Shown here one piece after another: positions 54,036-64,000 of a stretch of DNA of 64,000 bases. The DNA comes from Chrysomallon squamiferum (Eukaryota > Animalia > Mollusca). Location: assembly GCA_012295275.1 (NCBI GenBank), contig CM022669.1, positions 19,096,001 to 19,160,000 on the forward strand, written 5' to 3'. The notes beneath the pieces are model-generated. The model worked only from the letters and a program-made list of their open reading frames with translations, was not told where the DNA came from and made no database searches. The translations under genes were made by a program, and so were the position numbers. Every line of letters starts with the position of its first letter. Position 1 is the stretch's first letter.

Positions 54036-55240
54036 TACTCTAATCGTTCTCTCAAAAAAAAAAAAAAAAATTGGTTGACGTTAATGGCTTCCGTCACGAA
54101 TGTGATCATTTACATTAAGACAAAAATTGCAATCATTTCCTATCAAGATCAGTCATTAATCTTCTCTTAAAAACAGATTTAAAAAAGGATTTTTTCCTCC
54201 TTTTATAAGGAAAACTATGTGACACATGCAAATATTCTAACAAGCCCAACAAAAATAAATAAATAAATAAATAAATAAATAAAAATAAAAATAAATACAT
54301 TTGGAATTGGTAACTAGAATAATACGAATTTAAAACATTTTTATTTTTATCTTGCATCTGAAACTGTAATATAAGCTGCTGATATTTCCTGTATTGTCAG
54401 TAGGCACACGCACTGTACTGTACGTAAGTGCGTCAAGTAAATTTTCTCAAAAATCGATAAAACGTCACTAATAATCACGTTTTGCCGCAAAATAAACGTG
54501 GGTTCTGCTTGTACGTTGGAAAGCTGCGGGCATTGTCAGCAATCTCGATTGTTAACGCGACTAGAACTGTAGTACTTAAGAGGAAAGGAAAACAATTTTT
54601 ACTTTGACAAATTTTGTAATGTATTTGGTTTTTTTTTTTTTTTGATATGGTAACAAAAATAAATTAATTTAAGATATAACCTATGTCTCGAAAATGAACA
54701 TAACCTTAACTTTGAAAAAGGGGCAGACGACCGGGTATATAAAAACACCGAGAAAAACCGAAAATAAACCGTCAGCATACAACCCAGAACGAGCTTAGAT
54801 AAATAAAAAAAATTATTTTTTGTTTGTTTGTTTGTTTGTTTATTTTTATTTTCCTAAACAAATATGAATTTTGAAAAGTTTTGTTTTCAGGTTACATATT
54901 TTGATAATCTCTATATAAATTACATTGCAGTTGCATTAGGTAAAAATTAATTAATGTAGTTAATTTCTTATAGTTTCTGCCAGAGGTTTTCTTTATCTTC
55001 TTCTTTGTTCAAAATGTGGAATAGGTTTGTGTTTCTCGAGAAATCAATTACAGATTCTTTTTAAATGTCATTTGAAATTAATTTTTAATGATAGACGTTT
55101 AGAATTATTTTTGTATTATCAATACCATTCAGTTTATATACTAAATCGTTTCAAATACCTTTTTAAGAATATTATGTTTTGTTTTGCAAATAATATTAAC
55201 GTAAATAATTATTTTTAAAGAAATATATTACCTGAACGTG

Positions 55241-55290
55241 AATTAAAGCACACACACAGATATATATATATCTGTGTGTGTGCTTTAATT
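55241..55290. repeat. Perfect 50-bp palindrome centred on a (TA)n run
   Basis: AATTAAAGCACACACACAGATATAT|ATATATCTGTGTGTGTGCTTTAATT is its own reverse complement. Confidence 0.95.
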
Positions 55291-56629
55291 AGTTATATAT
55301 ATATATATATACACACACACACATACACACACACGCATATATATAAACATAAAAACAGAAATATAAATTCATAAAAACATATAAAATAAATGATTAAAAT
55401 ATAATATTAGATAGATAAATAAATAAAAACAAATATAAAAAAAAGTAATGTCCGACTGTCACGAGACTGGCATACGTGGCCACTGGACTGTCCAGATGCT
55501 TACATCACGAATGTCACGTTTAGGGGTCAGCCTGTGTGGTTCCAGGCACTATGTACAAACAGACAGACAGTTTGTTAGAAACAGATTAGAAAACGTTTCC
55601 CGGATACTGACACTGTGAGATGCAGATGCTACAAATAATGACACTTGTTACATTGGAGTTGGATATAAACTGGAACAGTGCTTTATTGATTATAAACATC
55701 TAAAAGAAAATGTACGATTAATGTAAAAATTAGTTTTAATAAACGAGTCTTTGAAACTGTTACTACTACTACTACTACTACTACTACAACCATTACTGCT
55801 TCTGCTACTGTATTTATTACAACGATAACTACTGCTAATAATAATTATTATTATTAATATCTCTGCAGCAATTACAACCATTACCAATACTGTTACTACT
55901 ATAACAATAATAACAACAGTATGATGATGGTAATGATGATGATGATAATAATAGTAATAAGTAATAAGTAATAGTAATAAAAAAAAATAAAAAAAACAAA
56001 CACACCGACACCTCCGTATTTTGTGTTGCTATTACTGTTGCTACAACCGCTACTATCATTACTACAACCACTACTACTATCACTACTACTACTACTACCA
56101 CTACTACTACCACTACAACAATCACTACTAATGCTAAATATAACAGCGGCAAAATAAAAATAAAAATATAACAATATTAGTAAAACCTGCAGATAACATA
56201 TTTCCGTATGTTACAATTTTTTAAAAAAAAAAAAAAAAAAAAAATTGAAAATATAAAAGAAATATAAACAACTATTGTTTAAGGTCAAAATGACCACAGT
56301 ACTATTAGCACACCCTCACAACATATGCCAAATTTCCCATGATACACTTGAACTTTTGCTTCACATTTTTTTATATTTTGTTTTTATTTTATTTTATTTT
56401 TTATATATAGATAAACTGACCACATGATTCATTCACGGAATACAAACAACTAAGAAACACTCTTCACTGTTTCATTTCAAGTTCAGTTTTTTATGATAAA
56501 AGTGTACTTCATTTGGTGCAGAGTTTATAAATATAAAACATATTTTCTTTTAATGATATAACAATCTTTTCACAAAAAAAATTCTGTATGTATTTAGTTT
56601 TTTTTTTTTATTTGTTTGTGTGTTGTTAG

Positions 56630-56691
<62 letters not shown>

Positions 56692-56758
56692 CATCATCAT
56701 TATCATTATTATTATCATCAATGTTATTATTATAATCATCATTGTCATCATCATCATC

Positions 56759-56791
<33 letters not shown>

Positions 56792-57024
56792 TATTATTAT
56801 TATTATTAGTAGTAGTAGTAGTATTGTTACTAATATTACTAGCAGTACTGATGCAGTTGCTATTACTTTTACTACTACTACTGCTATTGCTGATGCTGAT
56901 ATTATTACTGGTAATACTATTAGTCTACTATCACTACTACTATAGCTACTGTTACAACTACTGCTACTACTATTAGCACCGCCAGTACTATTACTACTGG
57001 TATGACTGTAGCTGCTATTGGTGC

Positions 57025-57082
<58 letters not shown>

Positions 57083-57085
57083 AAT
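56630..57085. repeat. Compound AAT/TTA/TCA/CTA microsatellite tract
   Basis: Directly visible. Confidence 0.9.
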
Positions 57086-59132
57086 AGATTTAATTTCTAT
57101 TATCCTTTGTGATGTCACAAAATTGGTCAGTTCTAATATACAGGCATAAAACAACAACAGCAACAACAAAACAAAACAATAAAAATACAACATTTTAAAT
57201 TTATCTGTATATTTTAGAATTTATTCACTTATTTTTTAAATAATAAAAAAGAAGAAAAGTAAGAATTATTTAGGAATTATCCTCCCAAACACGACAGCAC
57301 GAACCACGATATTTGATAACAGAAAAGCTACATATATATTCATCCTGAATGACCAGTCATCCCTTTATTAAATAACACAAAGTGCAGTTCTTGCTCTCAT
57401 ACGATATATAATTTATTATCCGAATAACTATCTCTACTTAGGCATTGAGATGGCTTCAATTCAAACTCTAATAACATCCTTGAAAATGCACTCTTGTTTT
57501 ACAATCGATCATTTTTCTGACATCGGCCCGTCTATCATAAAGAAACATCAATCGATTAAATAAATATCGTGTAAATTGATTGTCATAACGGTGACGATAG
57601 AACAAATATTGTATAAAGTTATTATCATAATGGTAACTGGCACATGAAAATATAGCAGCATCGGTAAAAGTAAGTCAATGCATCGCACTGCAAAAATAAA
57701 AACTTTACGATTAATTCCAGCATAACAACAACACGCCGAGGTTTAGTTGGTTCACTTGGGGATAGTTTATGTCAGTTATAATTATTATTGGTAGTACAAA
57801 TAATGGTTAAAAATAGTACTTGCTAATACGTTCGTATCAGGTTATGTGGCTTCAAAGGTGATGTACGGTGTCAATGATTCGTGGAACGCTGAAAAAGAAT
57901 ATTTGTCTAGCAATATTTTATTCACTTATTTATTATGTGTTAAACATACGTTTCTTATGTTTTATTATGATTTGAAAGATGAAGTTCCGTATCGCAATTC
58001 AATGAGCCTACTTAAATCTGTAAATAGCAATGGATTGTTTTTTATTTTTTGTTTTTTTTGTATGCACCTACCGGTGGAAATTAAAACACACAACACCGCC
58101 TGTGATAAACTAAAAGGTCATTGAGCGAGAATGATAAACTAAATAAGAAAGACAATACAATTAGCTGTGTCTAGCCGCAGTGTGTTATTGTTATATATTT
58201 TGATATTTCAGTTTCTAATACCTTTAATTTCTGTGTACTGTTATTTCTTAATACCACCTGGAGTTAGTTAGCCATTTTTAAAACAGATTTCATTGAGTAT
58301 GTCACCACATCTATTATTTTTAATAAATCGATGAAACACCTTTTTAAATGGAGCTACTTTCAGACAAATTATTTTAGCACTGCTGGAAGACGTAGGCAGC
58401 AAATATAGATCTTCTCTTTGAAAGGAAAATAAGAAAAAAAAATGGTTTGATTGTGTAGTCTGGTGTTAAGAAATCCGAATACTCTAGAACAGTGTTCAAG
58501 ATTCTATTTACTTAATGCGGTTCAAGATCCGTGAAAAACAGAAAAGAGACATGATTGTTTTTTCTGTTGAATGGTAGAGTACAACTTGGAAAAAATAAAA
58601 AAAAAAAAAAAAAAAAAAAAGAAGAAGAAGAAAGAAAATATGACAATACTAATAAACCTAGCTTGGGTTTTTATTAACTCTTGTAACAAACCTCTGAGTC
58701 AAATGAAATTATAGAAACTAAAAATAGAATTAAAGCATCTTAGAATATTTTTAGTCAACCAGTTATTATCATCTATCATATTCGTTTCATGTACGCATAC
58801 ATATACACAGATCCATAGTACACACGCACAGACGCATACACGGACGGGCACAAAACTGTAATAAAGTGCCCCAAACAATCAGAATCAAAGTAAAAAGTTT
58901 AAAAAAAGAAAAGAAAGAAAAGGAATAATAGTAATAAAATAAATATATAATAAAAATAATTTGTAGCAATATATCGAACGTTTTACATACTCTTAAGAAA
59001 AATGTTAGTAATTTTCGTTTTACCTTATGGCGGTTGCATTTAAAATAGTTTTACGACTGGGAAGCTCATTTCAGTTCTGATAATAGTTTTAGGCTTCATA
59101 AATATATATATATTGTAATTAAGAACAAAAAA

Positions 59133-59174
<42 letters not shown>

Positions 59175-60521
59175 GAGAATAAAAGTAATAAATAATATAC
59201 TATCCAACCAACCAATCAGAAAAACTGCAAAAACAACAGCAGCAGCAACAAAAGCAACAACAGCAGCAGCAACAACAACAACAACAACAAAAACAACAAT
59301 GATAATAACAATAAAGTGAACTAATGCATATGCAGGTGAAAAGAAAAGACTTTCTAGACAGGATTAAAACAAATTTAAATACATTTAACATGGAACTTCA
59401 GCCTTCTTTTACCCCTTCATTTTAATCAACTGTTAATTTCCTGCCGATATAAATGGTCTCCAAATCCCAAGTTATGTATATATTAGCAACATCACAAGCA
59501 AACCCTACCTTACAAAAGAAAACAAAAATAAATCAATAAATAAAAGGAAATCGATTACAACAAATACATAAACAAATCCCCTAACAGCAAGATCCCCCAT
59601 AATATAAACAAATTAAAATTATATACACAATAAAATAAAAACCACAGCCTCCAAAGAAAAAACAAAACAAACAAAAAACAAAACAAAACAAACAACAAAA
59701 ACAAACATAACAAACAAAACACAAATAAAAATAGAAATAATATAAACTAAATGCAACTTCAAAAGATAATGATATATTTTTTACTGGAACTAATCGTATC
59801 ATCGTATTGAAAACAGTAATTGAATTGGAAGCTACTATGTAATATTACTGGAAATAATTATTCAGAACTGTGTATGTTGTCTTTACCTAATGTCGGAATA
59901 CACATTAGAAGAATTTATTTTATCAGAAAAAAAATAACTCCTAAGATTCAGTTGTTCGACAAAATGCGTATGAACACAAAACAACAATAACAACGACAAC
60001 AACAACAATAAAATAATAATAATAATAATATTAATGTAGAATAATAATAACATCAATCCTGGCTACTGTAAAACCATTCCCATCTAGGTAGGAGGTTCTG
60101 TGCATCGACATTAATGCCTTGAAGAATTCTGACCAATCAGCTTCTTTCATACTTTGTCCTAAAACGTAGAACAAGATGGTTGCTTTACAATGACATTCAG
60201 AAAAAAAAAAAAAAAAAAAAAAAAGTCTAAGTAAGCCTATAAATAACTTATGTTTGCAGAAGAGTGATTCTGAGAATCGGCAAAAAAAATGAAATAAAGA
60301 AACTGTTGAAATTAAAATGTGAATATTTATTAGTAAAGATCCCTTATTAGATTAATATGTATAAAAAATAACAATAAAAAAAAAAAAATTATAATTAAAA
60401 AATAAATTAAAAATAGGAATGGGGATAAATAAATTAATAAATTAATGGTCAACTAATAAATTAGTATTTAGTCATAATAATGATAATGATAGTGATGATG
60501 ATGGTAATGATAAATAAATAA

Positions 60522-60558
<37 letters not shown>

Positions 60559-60589
60559 AAAAAATCAAAACCACCCCCAAAAAACGTTG

Positions 60590-60942
60590 GATGACGAAAT
60601 TCGTCACCCATCTTAGCTATGTGACAGGAAGCACGCATGCCGGTTGAAGCGTTTGCAACATTACAGAAAAAAAAAATAACTATTCATCGATTTTTAGTTT
60701 CTTTCTGTTTCTTCGACGTCGGTTCGCAACAGGCGTATTGATTGGTCGAATGCCATGGAAACATACGACGTCATATATTCATTAGCTATAACCGAAGATC
60801 AACAGTAACAGAACCTTATTCAATCAGTAACGCGCGAAGAAGACGATTTGCCGTCTGGCTTAACCTTACGACCATCTCCAGCCATTTTTATTATCGTACG
60901 ACAGAAGAATTTTCCGAACGTTTCTGAAGCTTATCGAAGAAG
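60590..60942 (+). promoter_or_regulatory. Putative promoter and non-coding first exon of a gene continuing beyond the window
   Basis: CpG-rich patch with ATTGG (CCAAT box, 60741), X-box-like ATGCCATGGAAAC (60750-60762) and CRE-like CGACGTCA (60766-60773), followed by the donor AAG|GTTAGT at 60942/60943. Confidence 0.4.
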
Positions 60943-61246
60943 GTTAGTGATTTTTAGGTTTGAGTTATAATTAGGATCGTTTTCCTCCATTGTCTTTCAG
61001 AGAGAATCTTAATTAATCTGTTACATATGGCTATGAATGTTAATGTTTTCATATTTTATTATTCTTACATATACCTCATCGATCCGGTATGCTATGTTAT
61101 ATTACGCTTCAGTTAGAAATAGTGTTTCATGCGTTACAGTTTGCACAGAGGTATGTGGTTTCTGGTATTAGTATTTAAACAGGATATTTTATGGAATACA
61201 AAATGGTATTTTATTTTTATTTTTGATCTTGCTTTCACTTTTTGCC

Positions 61247-61298
<52 letters not shown>

Positions 61299-62476
61299 TT
61301 GATGATGATGATGACATAATGATAATAGTAGCAGTAGTAGCAGTAGCGGTAATAGTAGTAATAGAAGTAGTAAAAGCAGTAGCAGTAGTGGTAGTAATAA
61401 TAGTGGCAAACTGAGGTACATGATTGGAACTTTTTCTTTTTCTCAAAATACACAATAAGACCATGACCTTGGACAAAGCCGGATTTAAATGGACATAAAG
61501 ATACACTGACCAGTCACTCGATTTTAGTTTTAGACAATAACCCTTCCCTAACTATGTTATACACCATGATTTCTTCCTCTTTTTTTTTTTTTTTTTGGGG
61601 GTGTTGATTTCAGTGGATAGTAGTCACGTATCACACGTCCTTTGTTTAAAGCAGTTGTCAATACTCCACTAATACGACAGATGAATACAGTACTTGATTA
61701 ATTTCATTTACACCTGTTTAATATCGAATTCAAATTATCATTATCATATCGCATTTTACACTCATATATCATCATCATATACTTACAACATACTTTTCAC
61801 GCTTGATCCCGCTGATGACGATAACAGAATGTGGTCACGTACACACTGTAAAATCTGTTTTGATTTGAGATCCTATATCTCCAGTCGAGTAATTAATTAA
61901 CATAAAGCAAATTGCAACACTAGTAAAGTCATGTCTGTGACAAACGTGACACCAAACATTTGAAAGATTTCAAATCTTCACAAACATATGTCGGATATAA
62001 ATTTATTGTTTAAAAAATTTAAATCAATGCTAAAGTATTATAAAGGCTTAATTAAGATATGGCAAAGGAATAACATCGTGGTTGACCGCAGGGAATATAT
62101 TTTGGAAGTGCTGACAGCGAATTATAATGTTCAGGAAATAAATTTAATATTAAGACGATTTATAAGAATGTAGTATGCCATGATGTAGATGCTATACTTT
62201 TGAGTCCTAGCCTTGCTAGAGATACAGCTCTTTACTAAATCTTTAACTATTGCTCACTTGCAAAATATCTGAAGAAACCATATGGTCCTAATTATGAATA
62301 TTAAACAAACAAACAAACAAACAAACAAACAAACAAACAAACAAACAAACAACAACAACAACACTTACCAACTTATTTAGCATCGTCTTTGCACATATTT
62401 CGGTATTTATTTTAAGAAATTTAACCTAACATATGGTAGATACACATCTTGAATACTTATACTCAAGTCATTGTGA

Positions 62477-62582
62477 TTACGTCACGCTCATAGAAGAAAA
62501 CCAGTTCCGTTACCTTGATGAATATGTAAATAACGTTAAATACATATTTACGTCACCACTGATGTCATAGTACTATATAAAA
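62477..62582 (+). promoter_or_regulatory. Putative CRE/ATF cluster followed by a TATA box
   Basis: TTACGTCA at 62477 and 62548, TGATGTCA at 62560, TATATAAA at 62574. Confidence 0.35.
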
Positions 62583-62827
62583 CTGGATACATTGCTAAAA
62601 GTAAATGTTACAGAAATATACAAATATGCACATATGCAAGTATATTTATATAAATGCACATTAAAAGGAAATCAATAAATGAAAAATAAATAAAATAAAT
62701 ATTATTTTTTTAAATAATAAAGTTGTAGTGGCTATAATACCATAGCATAAATTAGCAAGCGTCTTTCGCATATCAAACCTGTGTCTTGATGAATAGATCA
62801 ATTATTCTTTCATTCAAAAAATAAAAA

Positions 62828-62879
<52 letters not shown>

Positions 62880-64000
62880 TAAATAAATAAATAAATAAAA
62901 ATAAATGAATAATAAAATAATAATAAAAAAAAAATAAAAGACTATAACAAAAACAAAAACAAAAGCTAGTACCATCCCAAAACGAAAAATAACTATTAAT
63001 AACATATGAACATCAATATCCATTAGTGCACGAATACAGCACAAAACACCCCCACAAACAAACAGACGAAACAAATCGATTTACTGAAATAGAAATCTAT
63101 TTATTGTTTAGATTCATTTAGTAATTAATTTCATTTACTGCTGTACAACACGTTCTATTTAATTATTTAAAACAAGCATCAAATAAAACAAAATGATCTG
63201 TTTCACATTCAGTCTTTCCTTAGCAATTATTTATTAATGAGGAAAGATGACATGAATAATACCATGGCTGATCAGTTTGCTTCACGCAAAATAAGAAAAG
63301 AAATTATTAGTACAGACAGTGTAGTCACTTTAGTTATATAATAATGTAAACTATTTATTTAACTGAATGTTAGCGTCTTTGCCTACCTAAATATATAAAT
63401 ATGCATGCAATTCATACCTCTCACGCAGTAATAGTGAAAAAGAAATTTCAGAATTAATTTCTGTTTTCTAACATATTTGATTACCATACATATTAATTAT
63501 TTATTCAACTGAAATAAAACAATCAGCTTATATATCTTAATGCTAACTAAAGCCTTTATATTCATAAATTATACTATATCTGTTAATCAGCCAACATTGC
63601 AGACTAGCACAAACACACACACACACACGCACAGACAGACAAACGCGCGCGCGCGCGCTCTCTCACGCATGCACACACACACGTGCGCCGACAGTTACTC
63701 CCCACGAACCAAACATACACAGCGACAGACGATACAGACAAGATACAGACAAACAACATATGTGCTAAAACAATTTAATCGCTCAATATGTTGCCGTCTA
63801 GTGAAAATCGAATCACGGGACCAGCAGGCGACGCAAAAAGCTAGTCCATCGCGGTTTGCAGTTAATCAAATCAAACTGAAAAATCATAGCAGCAGGTGAG
63901 CTTCGGTCACGTTCGCACACCATCTTTCTCAGTTCTCCTCTACAACATCCTCCACAGCACCAGAGGTCATTGGAGACGTGAACAGCCTACTCGTAAACTA

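Noticed and set aside
48840-61506. Numerous poly-N/poly-I/poly-V/poly-L ORFs of 60-200 aa
   Set aside because: All derive from AAT/TAC/TCA microsatellite tracts.
63780-64000. Possible coding exon at the window end
   Set aside because: Only short open frames on either strand with no recognisable motif; the sequence is truncated by the window edge.

Overview
This is AT-rich, microsatellite-rich eukaryotic (animal) genomic DNA with spliceosomal GT-AG introns, not prokaryotic sequence. Degraded SINE-like fragments resemble a gastropod repeat as I recall it, so a mollusc is likely (inference). Exons were spliced by hand with phase checks, giving five protein-coding genes: (1) the 3' part of mitochondrial CLPX (+, <1-5591); (2) a convergent anoctamin-8/TMEM16H-like gene (-, 14072-34140, 14 coding exons); (3) a Golgi carbohydrate sulfotransferase of the CHST8-14/Sulfotransfer_2 type (-, 36824-39745); (4) a CENP-H kinetochore gene made of 8 small exons that the ORF track mostly misses (-, 41514-45085); (5) head-to-head with it, an unrecognised ~374-aa coiled-coil plus multi-pass membrane protein (+, 46274-50673). 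The ANO8 gene has a one-base frameshift/premature TGA in exon 10, uORFs, and a candidate 150-nt cassette exon. An E2F site, a 4-nt spacer and a CHR (DREAM-type) element lie between CENP-H and the membrane gene. The last ~12 kb has no convincing CDS but has CRE/CCAAT/X-box-like promoter modules and a perfect 50-bp palindrome. Most long ORFs in the track are microsatellite artefacts. I found no unambiguous new biological system; the best leads are the ANO8 frameshift site and the CENP-H/orphan gene pair.
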